Below are positions 31,399 through 41,994 of a DNA stretch of 64,000 bases, one piece after another (the first letter of the stretch is position 1; each line of letters begins with the position of its first letter). The stretch comes from Cyanobacteriota bacterium (lineage in GTDB: Bacteria; Cyanobacteriota; Cyanobacteriia; Cyanobacteriales; Nostocaceae). Made by a program: the position numbers and the translations under genes. The notes under the pieces are model-generated. The model was not told where the DNA came from. It did no database searches and saw only the letters and a program-made list of their open reading frames with translations. Where the stretch lies: NCBI GenBank assembly GCA_046045965.1, contig JBJOKS010000006.1, forward strand, positions 96,001-160,000. Direction: 5' to 3'.

Positions 31399-33033
31399 AT
31401 GTTCTGTAACCAATGTGAACAAACCACCCGTGGAGATGTCTGTCATCAGTGGGGTGCGTGTGGTAAAAGTCCCGAAGTTGACGCTTTACAAGATTTATTA
31501 GTACATTGTTTACGCGGACTTTCCCAAATAGCATTACAAGCAAAATCTTTAGGTATTAATACTCGTGACACCGATGAATTTACCTGTGAAATGCTATTTT
31601 CCACATTAACCAATGTGAATTTTACCACTGCTGATTTTATGGCTTTTGTGAATCGTGCGATCGCACTTCGTGAAAGTCTCAAGTTAAAAATTCAAGCATT
31701 AGGTAATAAAGTTGTAGAATCAACAATTAATACTTTTCAACCTGCCAGTAGTTTAGCAGCACAAGTTCAACAAGGTAAAGATTTAGAATTTGAATTTATC
31801 AGTCAATCAGCGAAGAATGTTGATATTTTCTCTCTCAAACTTACCATATTATATGGTTTAAAAGGTGTTGCTGCTTACGCTTTCCATGCCTTAGAATTAA
31901 ATCAGCATGATGAAGGTTTATATACATTCTGCCATGAAGTTTTAGCTAATTTAGATGACCAAGATAAAACTTTACAAGATTGGTTGAATTTAGCTTTAAA
32001 AGTTGGGGAAATTAACCTCACAGCAATGCAGCTTTTAGACGCAGGAAATACAGAAACCTTTGGACATCCCACACCTACACCCGTAATTTTAGGACATACA
32101 ACTGGTAAAGCAATTCTCGTTTCTGGACATGATTTATTAGCATTAAAAGCTATTTTAGAAGCAACCGCAGGAACAGAAATTAAAATTTATACTCATGGGG
32201 AATTATTACCAGCACATGGCTATCCTAAATTAAAACAGCAATATCCCCATCTTTATGGACATTATGGTACAGCATGGCAAAATCAAACCCATGAATTTGA
32301 ACATTTTCCTGGTGCGATCGCTATGACTACCAACTGTCTTGTACCTCCCCATGAAAGCTATAAACATAAAGTATTCACATTAGGTCCTGTAGGTTATCCT
32401 GGTTTAGATCACGTTAGCATTTCCGATGTTTCACCCATCATCAATAAAGCCTTAGAATTACCTGGTTTTACAGATGAAGAAAACAAAGGACAAGTAACCA
32501 CAGGTTTTGCCAGAAATGCAGTTTTGAGTGTTGCAGATACAGTCATTAATGCTGTCAAAGCAGGACAAATAAAACACTTCTTTTTAGTAGGTGGTTGTGA
32601 TGGTGCAAAACCAGGCAGAAACTACTATAGTGAATTAGTAGAACAGATGCCAAATGATTGTATAGTCTTAACATTAGGTTGTGGAAAATTCCGCTTCTTT
32701 GATCAACAATTAGGTGAAATTGGTGGTATTCCCAGATTATTAGATGTGGGACAATGTAATGATGCTTATTCTGCAATTCAAATTGCCGTAGCTTTAGCAA
32801 ATGCCTTTAAAGTAGGAGTGAACGAACTACCATTATCAATGGTGTTATCTTGGTATGAACAAAAGGCGATCGCCGTTTTATTAACCTTACTTTATTTAGG
32901 TATCAAAAACATTCGCATCGGTCCCACCCTTCCCGCTTTCCTATCAGCAAACGTTGTCAAATTACTATCAGAAACCTATCATTTACAACTCATCACCACA
33001 CCAGAACAAGATTTAGCAGCGTGTCTTGGTTAA
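31399..33033 (+). CDS. hcp: Hybrid cluster protein (hydroxylamine/NO reductase)
   Basis: MFCNQCEQT...CGK, SGHDL, THGELLPAH, GGCDG, GQCNDAYS, SWYEQKA. Confidence 0.97.
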   Translation: MFCNQCEQTTRGDVCHQWGACGKSPEVDALQDLLVHCLRGLSQIALQAKSLGINTRDTDEFTCEMLFSTLTNVNFTTADFMAFVNRAIALRESLKLKIQALGNKVVESTINTFQPASSLAAQVQQGKDLEFEFISQSAKNVDIFSLKLTILYGLKGVAAYAFHALELNQHDEGLYTFCHEVLANLDDQDKTLQDWLNLALKVGEINLTAMQLLDAGNTETFGHPTPTPVILGHTTGKAILVSGHDLLALKAILEATAGTEIKIYTHGELLPAHGYPKLKQQYPHLYGHYGTAWQNQTHEFEHFPGAIAMTTNCLVPPHESYKHKVFTLGPVGYPGLDHVSISDVSPIINKALELPGFTDEENKGQVTTGFARNAVLSVADTVINAVKAGQIKHFFLVGGCDGAKPGRNYYSELVEQMPNDCIVLTLGCGKFRFFDQQLGEIGGIPRLLDVGQCNDAYSAIQIAVALANAFKVGVNELPLSMVLSWYEQKAIAVLLTLLYLGIKNIRIGPTLPAFLSANVVKLLSETYHLQLITTPEQDLAACLG

Positions 33034-33041
33034 ATACTGAT

Positions 33042-33107
33042 TAGATCCCCGACTTCTATTTGAAGACCATAATAAAATGATCAATTAATCATAGAAGTCG
33101 GAGATAT
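33042..33107. repeat. REP-like palindromic element (AGATCCCCGACTTCT family)
   Basis: AGATCCCCGACTTCT...AGAAGTCGGAGATAT; related copies near 9780, 11600, 54052 and 54561. Confidence 0.65.
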
Positions 33108-33113
33108 TAAATA

Positions 33114-33401
33114 TCAGCAAGTACCTATTTCGTTCTCATCCCAAACTTCCAACTTCAATTCTTGCAGATAATTTAAACCATTAGCAATTTGCGATTCAGT
33201 TCCCTGTAAATCTAAATCAAAGCAACCATCACTGACATCAAACCAACCATCACTTATCATTTCTTGACCTAAAAAAGCTGCTTTAATATTAACAGTCAAA
33301 CCAAACTCAGAAACCAACCGAGAAATGATAGGTTCTTGATGATAATCCTTAGTAATTTTCACCCTAATACGCTGACTTTTCAAAACATTTTCATTACTCA
33401 T
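33114..33401 (-). CDS. NIL-domain protein, copy 2
   Basis: YHQEPIISRLVSEFGLTVNIKAA...GWFD; paralog of 33564-33830. Confidence 0.85.
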   Translation of the reverse strand: MSNENVLKSQRIRVKITKDYHQEPIISRLVSEFGLTVNIKAAFLGQEMISDGWFDVSDGCFDLDLQGTESQIANGLNYLQELKLEVWDENEIGTC

Positions 33402-33563
33402 AAAAACCTCAAACAATCAAATTACAAACCAAAACTAATCATCGAACTCTAAAGAGAACCCAGCTTAAATATCTGCCCTGAGTGTAATTCCTTCCTATCT
33501 TAGCTATCAGATACGCGGCTTCGTATTTTTAATATCACAAATCGAGTATCTTAAATATTAAGA

Positions 33564-33830
33564 TCACCAATTACCTATTCTATGCTCATCCCAAACTTCC
33601 AAATTCAAATCTTGCAGATAAATTAAACCATTAGCAATTTGCGATTCAGTTCCCTGTAAATCTAAATCAAACCAACCATCACTAATAGCATCCTGACCTA
33701 AAAAAGCAGCTTTGATATTGATCGTTAAACCATAATCAGAAACCAGACGAGAAATAACAGGTTCTTGATGAAAGTCTTTAGTAATTCTCACCCTAATTCT
33801 TTGACTTGTCAATACATTTTCATCACTCAT
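33564..33830 (-). CDS. NIL-domain protein, copy 1
   Basis: FHQEPVISRLVSDYGLTINIKAA...DGWFDLDLQG; downstream of cysW. Confidence 0.85.
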   Translation of the reverse strand: MSDENVLTSQRIRVRITKDFHQEPVISRLVSDYGLTINIKAAFLGQDAISDGWFDLDLQGTESQIANGLIYLQDLNLEVWDEHRIGNW

Positions 33831-34002
33831 AAAAACCCCAAAAAAATAAAATTGCCAACCGAAACCAATCTAACTCATTTGCAACCTACACTCACAGAAA
33901 ACCCTTTCAAATCTCTTCTCTCCGTGTCCTCTGTGGTTCGTTCATAAAAACCAACTTAATATTTAACGAACCGCAAAGAACGCAAAGAGCGCAAAGTCAG
34001 AA

Positions 34003-34830
34003 TTATTCCACATCCTTAATACGGGTTTTCCGTTCCAAAACTTCCTTCAACACTAAAGTAATAACTGCCAAAAATGCCAACAATACCGCCGCAGAAAAAG
34101 CCGCTTCCGTTTCATATTGTTTATAGGCATCTTCCACAAACAAAGGTAAACTTTGGGTCTTAGTAGCAATATTACCAGACACCACAGAAACAGCCCCAAA
34201 TTCACCCATAGCCCTAGCATTTGTTAAAATCAAACCATAGAGTAAACCCCAACGAATACTAGGTAAAGTCACACGCCAAAAAGTTTGCCATTCATTTGCA
34301 CCCAAAGTTTTTGCTGCTTCTTCTTGGTCCTTACCAAACTCCTCTAAAACCGGTATTACTTCCCTAGCCACAAATGGCATACTTACAAAAGAAGTAGCTA
34401 ACACCATTCCCGGAAAAGCAAAAATAATTTGAATATCATGAGATTGTAAAAAACCACCAAACCAACCTTGTCTACCATAGAGTAAAACAATCATCAAACC
34501 TGCAACAACTGGAGAGATAGAAAAAGGCAGGTCAATAATACTCAGAACTATAGCACGACCAGGGAATTTATGACGAGCGATCGCCCAAGCTGCACACAAA
34601 CCAAAAACAGTATTGATAGGTATTGCAATCACCGCTAATAATAAAGTTAACCAAGCAGCATGGAGAAAGTCTGTTCTGGTTAAGTTCTCAAAAAATGGTC
34701 CAATTCCCTTTTTAAAAGCTTGGTAAAATACATTAATAGTTGGGATATACTGCACCAAAAATAAATAACCAACGGCTATCCCAATTAAAACCCCTGGAAC
34801 CCAACTTTGCTTTGGTTTACCTGTTGTCAT
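34003..34830 (-). CDS. cysW: Sulfate ABC transporter permease CysW
   Basis: [28 protein letters not shown]. Confidence 0.95.
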   Translation of the reverse strand: MTTGKPKQSWVPGVLIGIAVGYLFLVQYIPTINVFYQAFKKGIGPFFENLTRTDFLHAAWLTLLLAVIAIPINTVFGLCAAWAIARHKFPGRAIVLSIIDLPFSISPVVAGLMIVLLYGRQGWFGGFLQSHDIQIIFAFPGMVLATSFVSMPFVAREVIPVLEEFGKDQEEAAKTLGANEWQTFWRVTLPSIRWGLLYGLILTNARAMGEFGAVSVVSGNIATKTQSLPLFVEDAYKQYETEAAFSAAVLLAFLAVITLVLKEVLERKTRIKDVE

Positions 34831-35686
34831 ATCTTCTTGCCCAAGCTTGTAATAAATTAATTGCTAACAGTAAAACTAGAGAAATTGCCAATAAAACAAC
34901 CCCTATCACCGTTGCACCTGAATAATCATATTGTTCCAAACGTTGGAAAATTAACACTGGTGCAATTAAATCTTGAAAAGGCGTATTAGAAGCAATAATC
35001 ACTGTTGAACCATACTCACCCACCGCACGGGAAAAACCCAAAGCTACACCGGTTAAGATTGTCGGAAATAAAGGCGGTAAAATCACCTTTGTAAAAGTTG
35101 TCCACTCAGAAGCGCCCAAACTCCAAGCCGCTTCTTCAATTTCCTTTTCCATCTCCTGCAACACAGGTTGTACAGTCCGCACCACAAAAGGCAAAGATAT
35201 ATATATCATTGCTACAGCCACACCCAAACGAGTAAAAGAAACCTTAATACCCAAAGGTGCAAGTAAAGAACCGATCCAACCATTATCGCTATACACAGTT
35301 GCTAAAGTTAAACCTGCTACCGATGTCGGCAAAGCAAACGGTAAATCTACTGTAGCATCAAAAATTTTCTTTAAGGGAAAATCGTACCTTACCAATACCC
35401 AAGCAATCAATGTACCAAATACACCATTAACCACCGCTGCCAAAAGTGAAGTTACAAAAGTAACATTGTATGTTGCCAATGCGAGTTCACTGGTAGCAAT
35501 TGCCCAAAACTTTGCAGGTGGTTCTGTACTTGCTTTCAAGAACATTGCCACAATGGGCATAAACAACATGAAAGTTAGGTATAAAATTGTAATCCGCCAT
35601 GTCCAAGGTAGACGAATTACTTTATCTAAAAACACCTTCAAAATAGGAGTTTTTTTACCGTTTTCCAAACTCGTAGATACCGCCAT
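34817..35686 (-). CDS. cysT: Sulfate ABC transporter permease CysT
   Basis: [31 protein letters not shown]. Confidence 0.95.
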   Translation of the reverse strand: MAVSTSLENGKKTPILKVFLDKVIRLPWTWRITILYLTFMLFMPIVAMFLKASTEPPAKFWAIATSELALATYNVTFVTSLLAAVVNGVFGTLIAWVLVRYDFPLKKIFDATVDLPFALPTSVAGLTLATVYSDNGWIGSLLAPLGIKVSFTRLGVAVAMIYISLPFVVRTVQPVLQEMEKEIEEAAWSLGASEWTTFTKVILPPLFPTILTGVALGFSRAVGEYGSTVIIASNTPFQDLIAPVLIFQRLEQYDYSGATVIGVVLLAISLVLLLAINLLQAWARRYDNR

Positions 35687-35732
35687 AATTCAAACTTCAA
35701 AATCAAACTTCAAAATTTCCAACAATTACCAA

Positions 35733-36824
35733 TTATCTTTTTTTAGCTTGAATTTGATCAAATAATGCCCCATCATCAAAAAACTTTTTCTGCACAGTAT
35801 CCCAACCACCTAAATCTTGAACTGTACCCAAAGTTTTCACAGGGGGATATTTATCAGCAAATTCCTTTGATTTTGCTACGGTTTCATCCACAGGACGAAA
35901 ACCAACTTTCGCAAATTCTGTCTGTGCTTCAGGAGTAAATAGGTACTGAACAAAAGCCTCGACTACTTCCCTATTTCCATGTTTATCAACATTCTTATCC
36001 ACAATCGCAACAGGGTTATCAATAGAAATATTCACATCAGGAATCACATAATTTACCTTCACTCCCTTTTCTTGTGCCAAAACAATTTCATTTTCATAAT
36101 TAATCAACGCATCACCCTGACCCTGTTTAAAAAATGCGTCCGTAGCTTCACGTGCATCCCTAGTTAAAATAGGAACGTTATTGTAAACCTTGGTCACAAA
36201 CTCTGTCGCTTTAGCCTCATCCCCACCAGTTTTAATTGCAGAGTTCCACAAAGCCAAGAAATTCCAACGTGCTACCCCTGATGTTTTCGGATCGGCAGTA
36301 ATTACTTTTACACCATCTTGAGCTAAATCTGCCCAGGTTTTGATCCCTTTAGGATTACCTTCACGAGTCACTAATGCAGCTACAGACTTAGAAGCGACAG
36401 CATTATTAGGAGCTTCCTTTTCCCATCCTGGCTGAATTAAACCTGCTTTTTCAATTTTTTGGGTATCCAAAGCTAATGCTAAATGAACAATATCAGCTTC
36501 TAACCCATCAATAACGGCGCGTGTTTGCGAACCTGAACCGCCATAGCTTTGTTTAAATGTTACCTTTTGTCCATGTTCTTTCTGCCATTTTTCCACAAAC
36601 TTGGGAATGATTGCTTCGTGCGCTGTTTTCGTCACAGCAAAAGAGACTAGGGTAATTTCTGCATCTTTCTTTTTAGCATCTGTAGAAGTTGGATTTTGAG
36701 TATTATTCTCATTTCCACTACTACAAGCAGCAAGTGCCACACTCAAAAATGCTCCTGCTAAAAACAGGGATAGAAAGCTCTTTACCGATTTTATACGCAA
36801 CCTTGGATGCTGCAACCAACTCAT
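35733..36824 (-). CDS. sbpA: Sulfate-binding lipoprotein
   Basis: Lipobox LAAC; QSYGGSGSQTRAVIDGL, DPKTSGVARWNF, NYENE. Confidence 0.9.
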   Translation of the reverse strand: MSWLQHPRLRIKSVKSFLSLFLAGAFLSVALAACSSGNENNTQNPTSTDAKKKDAEITLVSFAVTKTAHEAIIPKFVEKWQKEHGQKVTFKQSYGGSGSQTRAVIDGLEADIVHLALALDTQKIEKAGLIQPGWEKEAPNNAVASKSVAALVTREGNPKGIKTWADLAQDGVKVITADPKTSGVARWNFLALWNSAIKTGGDEAKATEFVTKVYNNVPILTRDAREATDAFFKQGQGDALINYENEIVLAQEKGVKVNYVIPDVNISIDNPVAIVDKNVDKHGNREVVEAFVQYLFTPEAQTEFAKVGFRPVDETVAKSKEFADKYPPVKTLGTVQDLGGWDTVQKKFFDDGALFDQIQAKKR

Positions 36825-37152
36825 GCTCTGTTCTCCTGGAAATCTGAATTGCGGATAAACTTCACTTTCACGATAGGGAATATGGGGATTGTAGCAGATT
36901 TGAGGGAAATATATTTTTGATCACCTCATGATCACATCAAAATAACTCCCAACTTCGGATATATTTATAACTTTATATTATCAAATACAAATAATTTATC
37001 ATAAAAATAAATACACGCATTCCTCGATAGATATTTTGTATTTTATATCTTGATTTTCGCGATCGCATCTGATACGCTCTGTTTTTGTAAACAAATTACA
37101 GTTAGTCTATCAGATTACCGTAGATTATTTGAACACCACAGGAACACCTTTT

Positions 37153-38235
37153 ATGACATACAAAACCGCAAAATCAGCGAAACTCCTGCCTGTAAAAACA
37201 GCATCAACCATACTGTTAGCCATCAGTGTCAGTGCAAATACGGTAGTTCCTGTCTTTGCAGAAACTACAGCCCAAAATAAACAACTAATTAGTCAAAACA
37301 CCAAGAAAGTAGAAATCACCTTGGTATCTTACGCAGTTACAAAAGCTGCTTACAGTAAAATCATTCCTCAGTTTGTAGCCAAATGGAAACGAGAAAAAGG
37401 TCAGGATGTGATTATTCGGGAAAGTTATGGTGGTTCAGGTTCTCAAACCCGTGCTGTCATTGATGGCTTACAAGCAGATGTGGTAGCCTTAGCCTTGGGT
37501 TTAGATACCAAAAAAATCGAACAAGCAGGTTTAATTAACCCTGGTTGGGAAAAAGAAGCGCCCAACAACTCCATCATTACCCGTTCAGTGGTAGCATTAG
37601 AAACGCGCCCAGGTAATCCTAAAGGCATCAAAACCTGGAATGATTTAATCAAACCGGGAGTAAAAATAGTCACGGCCAACCCCAAGACCTCTGGTGGTGC
37701 AAGGTGGAATTTTTTAGCTTTGTGGGGAGCCGTTGCTAAAAATGGTGGTAATGAAAACCAAGCCTTGAATTTTGTCCAACAAGTATTTAGAAATGTAGTA
37801 GTTTTACCCAAAGATGCCAGAGAATCTAGTGATGCCTTTTACAAGAAAAACCAAGGAGATGTGCTACTTAACTACGAAAACGAAGTAATTTTAGCAGCAC
37901 AACAGGGTAAAACAGATACTACTTACGTAGTTCCTTCCACGAATATTTCTATTGAAGGACCCGTGGCTGTGGTTGATAAAAATGTAGATAAACGTGGTAC
38001 TCGTGCAGTATCAGAAGCATTAGTTAAGTTTTTATTTACACCAGAAGCACAGCGGGAATTTGCCAAAGTAGGTTTTCGACCAGTGAACCCGACAGTAGCC
38101 AAAGAAGTACAGAGTAAATTTTCCAAAATTGCCAAACTTTATACAGTGGGTAGTCTAGGAGGTTGGGATAGTGTGCAGAAGAAGTTTTTTGATGACGGTG
38201 CTATTTTTGACAAAATCCAATCTAGCAAGCGGTAG
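37153..38235 (+). CDS. Second sulfate-binding protein (Sec signal, no lipobox)
   Basis: ESYGGSGSQTRAVIDGL, NPKTSGGARWNF; signal peptide ending VFA-E. Confidence 0.9.
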   Translation: MTYKTAKSAKLLPVKTASTILLAISVSANTVVPVFAETTAQNKQLISQNTKKVEITLVSYAVTKAAYSKIIPQFVAKWKREKGQDVIIRESYGGSGSQTRAVIDGLQADVVALALGLDTKKIEQAGLINPGWEKEAPNNSIITRSVVALETRPGNPKGIKTWNDLIKPGVKIVTANPKTSGGARWNFLALWGAVAKNGGNENQALNFVQQVFRNVVVLPKDARESSDAFYKKNQGDVLLNYENEVILAAQQGKTDTTYVVPSTNISIEGPVAVVDKNVDKRGTRAVSEALVKFLFTPEAQREFAKVGFRPVNPTVAKEVQSKFSKIAKLYTVGSLGGWDSVQKKFFDDGAIFDKIQSSKR

Positions 38236-38418
38236 AGTAGGGGACTGGGGACTGGGTATTTACTTCCCTACTTCCCCTACTTCCTCTGCCTCCTGCCTCC
38301 TGCCTCCTAACTCCTGCCTCCTGCCTCCTGCCTCCTGCCTCCTAAATTTGAAAAAATCCCTGCTAATATCCCCACAATTTGATACCCTAGCTTAAACAGA
38401 TTTGAGAAAAGTGAAAGC

Positions 38419-39582
38419 GTGGAAATTCAACTTGGGCGGGGAAAAATAGCTCGTCGAGCCTATGGCATTGATGAAATTGCTTTAGTTCCCGGTAACACAA
38501 CACTCGATCCGAGTTTAGCGGATACTAAGTGGAAAATTGGTAATATTGAGCGAGAAATCCCCATTATTGCCAGCGCCATGGATGGTGTAGTCGATGTAGG
38601 CATGGCTGTACGTTTGTCCCAATTAGGGGCTTTAGGAGTTCTCAATTTAGAGGGTATCCAAACGCGCTATGCTGACCCAGCACCGATTTTAGATCGGATT
38701 GCCTCAGTGGGCAAAGATGAATTTGTTTCCCTGATGCAAGAACTCTATGCCGAACCAATAAAGCCGGAATTAATTGAAAAACGTATTCAGGAAATTAAAC
38801 AACAAGGCGGTATTGCGGCAGTGAGTGCTACTCCAGTAGGCGCAAGCAAATATGGTCAAGTAGTAGCCAAAGCTGGAGCAGATTTATTTTTTATCCAGGC
38901 TACGGTAGTTTCTACAAACCACATCTCACCAGAGTCTATCACCCCACTGGATTTAGTGGAATTTTGCCGTTCTATGCCCATACCTGTAATCTTGGGTAAT
39001 TGCGTCACTTATGAAGTCACCTTAGATTTGATGAAAGCAGGTGCAGCAGCAGTATTAGTGGGCATTGGACCTGGTGCTGCTTGTACATCCCGTGGCGTAT
39101 TGGGCGTAGGTATACCTCAAGCAACAGCCGTTGCTGACTGTGCCGCAGCCAGAGATGATTATTATCGGGAAACTGGTAAATATATCCCTGTCATTGCTGA
39201 TGGTGGTTTAATCACCGGTGGCGACATCTGTAAATGTATTGCTTGCGGTGCTGATGGCGTAATGATTGGTTCACCCTTTGCCAGAGCCGCAGAAGCCCCA
39301 GGAAGGGGTTATCATTGGGGTATGGCAACTCCTAGCCCCGTGCTGCCCCGTGGTACTCGCATTCGCGTTGGTACAACCGGTACTCTAGAACAAATACTCA
39401 GAGGTCCAGCCGGACTAGATGATGGTACTCATAACCTTCTCGGAGCCTTAAAAACCAGTATGGGGACTTTAGGAGCCAAAAACCTCAAAGAAATGCAGCA
39501 AGTTGAAGTAGTCATTGCTCCTTCCCTCCTAACCGAAGGCAAAGTTTACCAAAAAGCCCAACAATTGGGTATGGGTAAATAA
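38419..39582 (+). CDS. guaB: GuaB3-family IMP dehydrogenase-related protein
   Basis: ASAMDGVV, VGIGPGAACTSR, IADGG. Confidence 0.9.
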   Translation: MEIQLGRGKIARRAYGIDEIALVPGNTTLDPSLADTKWKIGNIEREIPIIASAMDGVVDVGMAVRLSQLGALGVLNLEGIQTRYADPAPILDRIASVGKDEFVSLMQELYAEPIKPELIEKRIQEIKQQGGIAAVSATPVGASKYGQVVAKAGADLFFIQATVVSTNHISPESITPLDLVEFCRSMPIPVILGNCVTYEVTLDLMKAGAAAVLVGIGPGAACTSRGVLGVGIPQATAVADCAAARDDYYRETGKYIPVIADGGLITGGDICKCIACGADGVMIGSPFARAAEAPGRGYHWGMATPSPVLPRGTRIRVGTTGTLEQILRGPAGLDDGTHNLLGALKTSMGTLGAKNLKEMQQVEVVIAPSLLTEGKVYQKAQQLGMGK

Positions 39583-39747
39583 ATCAAGTCAAAAGTCAAA
39601 GGTCAAAAGTCAAAATTAATAACTCCTGACTCCTGTACGGGCGAACGGCCGTTCGCCCCTCCTGACTCCTGACTCATAAACAAAAAAATTTTTCCAGCAC
39701 CCTCAATAATCACTGGAAAAATCACATCTGTCGCCTACAATAGAGAT

Positions 39748-39815
39748 AGCGGAGACAAATGTTTCCGTTCACTCCTCACACCACACTCCGCCCGGACTAC
39801 TGTTCGGGCGGTTCC
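39748..39815 (+). ncRNA. yfr1: Yfr1 small RNA
   Basis: Invariant ACTCCTCACAC between two hairpins, in the classic guaB-trxA position; TACAAT -10 just upstream. Confidence 0.92.
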
Positions 39816-39939
39816 TTATGTTTAGGCATAAATTCTATAGGTTCTTTGCAAATGTACATCCTTTACTTCCAAGCTGATGTTTTTGCTATGGTAGAATTTT
39901 CACAAAACTCATAAATATAATAGGCAAAGGTGTTTAGGA

Positions 39940-40263
39940 ATGTCAGCAGCAGCACAAGTTACAGATTCTACTTTTAAGCAGGAAGTAATCGACAGCGAAG
40001 TACCCGTTTTAGTTGATTTTTGGGCTCCCTGGTGCGGTCCTTGCCGTATGGTAGCTCCTGTTGTCGAGGAAATAGCTACTCAGTATGAAGGTCAACTCAA
40101 GGTTGTCAAAGTCAACACTGATGAAAATCCTCAAGTTGCCAGTCAGTATGGTATCCGCAGTATTCCCACATTAATGATTTTTAAAGATGGGCAAAAAGTA
40201 GACATGGTGGTCGGTGCGGTACCTAAAACTACCTTATCTAACACTCTGGAAAAGTATCTTTGA
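39940..40263 (+). CDS. trxA: Thioredoxin m-type
   Basis: WAPWCGPC motif. Confidence 0.97.
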   Translation: MSAAAQVTDSTFKQEVIDSEVPVLVDFWAPWCGPCRMVAPVVEEIATQYEGQLKVVKVNTDENPQVASQYGIRSIPTLMIFKDGQKVDMVVGAVPKTTLSNTLEKYL

Positions 40264-40682
40264 ACCTCAACTGGTTACAAATTTTATTGATTTGTCTAGT
40301 TTTTAAGGTGAATATTTGTTAACTAGTTTCAGAGGCGCAGAGTTTGCGTCTCTACAAAACTTTTTACACAACAATTTAGAAGGGAGTAGGGTCTGGAGCA
40401 ATAAGCCGTTAAACAGTCTTTGCTCCGACAATTTACAATTTGTGATTTTTTGACAAAAAGCAATAAACTTTCTCCCCACCTTTCTAGCTCTCTACCTCCC
40501 CAAACGTACAATTTATTAACCTAACAGCTACTTGCCCGGTTTGACGGCCAAAGGGGAAATGGAAAAAAACCCTGATCCCATAAGCCGCTAAACAATACAA
40601 ACGCCTTTAGACCAAAAAATGTCCGCTTGCGGGAGTGTAGGTAGTTCACATAAAATATAATGCCATTGTTGTGGCAGTTCTC

Positions 40683-41753
40683 ATGACCTCCAAAGAGTCC
40701 TTTGAAATACTAGAGTCTCTCCAAGCTGATATTGCTGAGTTAATAGATCGTTTACCGACCTTAAAACATCGGCAATTTATCCAGCAGGCACTTGCTACCA
40801 TACTTCGTTTAGCTGATAGTGAAATTGAGCGTCTTGATTGGAAGATCCTATCTGCGGCTTTAGCAGATATGGAACGAGGCTTTCAACTCTTTTATAGTTA
40901 TCGACACGTTCGCAAAGTCACTATCTTTGGTTCTGCTCGTTTAGCACCAGAAACCCCTGATTACCAAATGGCGGTTCAATTTGCTCGCGCTGTTTCTCAA
41001 CTAGGATTCATGGTGATGACAGGCGGTGGTGGTGGTATTATGCAAGCTGGTCAAGAAGGTGCAGGAAGGGAAAATTCTTTTGGTTTAAATATTCAGTTGC
41101 CTTTTGAGCAACAGGCTAATCCTTTTATTGATGGTGATCCTAAGCTTATTAACTTTAAATATTTCTTTACCCGCAAGCTGTTTCTGCTCAAAGAAAGTGA
41201 TGCGGTAGCTTTGTTTCCGGGTGGCTTTGGCACTCAAGATGAAGCTTTTGAATGTATGACACTCAGCCAAACAGGTAAATTTGGACCAGTTCCTCTGGTT
41301 TTAATTGATCATCCTGGTGGTGATTATTGGCGCTCTTGGAGTCAGTATATTGATCAGCAATTAGTGGCAAAAGGTCTTGTTAGTCCAGAAGATCCCTGTC
41401 TGTACACGGTGACAGATAATCTAGAGGTGGCTTGTAATGCCATTACTCGTTTTTACCAAGTTTATCACTCTAGCCGCTATGTAGGTGATCAATTGGTAAT
41501 TCGTCTCAGACACGAGTTATCAGATGATCTGGTGGAAAAATTGAATACTGATTTTAGTGACATTCTTGTCCAAGGCAAAATTGAAAAAAGTCAGGTATTA
41601 TCTCAAGAAGGTCAAGATGAAACCTCTGATTTACCTCGTCTGGTTTTATACTTTAACCAAAGAGATTTGGGGCGTTTGTATCAGATGATTGCAGTGATTA
41701 ATGAGTTAGGTATTCCTTCCCCAGAGGAAACAGCGCATCCAGAAAGGAAGTAA
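40683..41753 (+). CDS. LOG-family nucleotide phosphoribohydrolase
   Basis: VTIFGSAR, TGGGGGIM, FFTRK, PGGFGTQDE. Confidence 0.88.
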   Translation: MTSKESFEILESLQADIAELIDRLPTLKHRQFIQQALATILRLADSEIERLDWKILSAALADMERGFQLFYSYRHVRKVTIFGSARLAPETPDYQMAVQFARAVSQLGFMVMTGGGGGIMQAGQEGAGRENSFGLNIQLPFEQQANPFIDGDPKLINFKYFFTRKLFLLKESDAVALFPGGFGTQDEAFECMTLSQTGKFGPVPLVLIDHPGGDYWRSWSQYIDQQLVAKGLVSPEDPCLYTVTDNLEVACNAITRFYQVYHSSRYVGDQLVIRLRHELSDDLVEKLNTDFSDILVQGKIEKSQVLSQEGQDETSDLPRLVLYFNQRDLGRLYQMIAVINELGIPSPEETAHPERK

Positions 41754-41994
41754 GTTGGGGACTGGGGACTGGTGATTGGTGATTGGTGACTGGTGATTGG
41801 TGATTGGTGATTGGGTAAAAATAACTAATAACTAATGACTAATATAACCAATGACTAATAACCAATGACTAATGACCCTGAATTATTCACTTTTCCTGGT
41901 GGCAAGCTTTCTAGATAGTAAGAAATTCAAAGGCATAATATGCCAGCACTGCAAACAATTATTAGATATCTGAACAAAGATAGAGGAATTAAAT

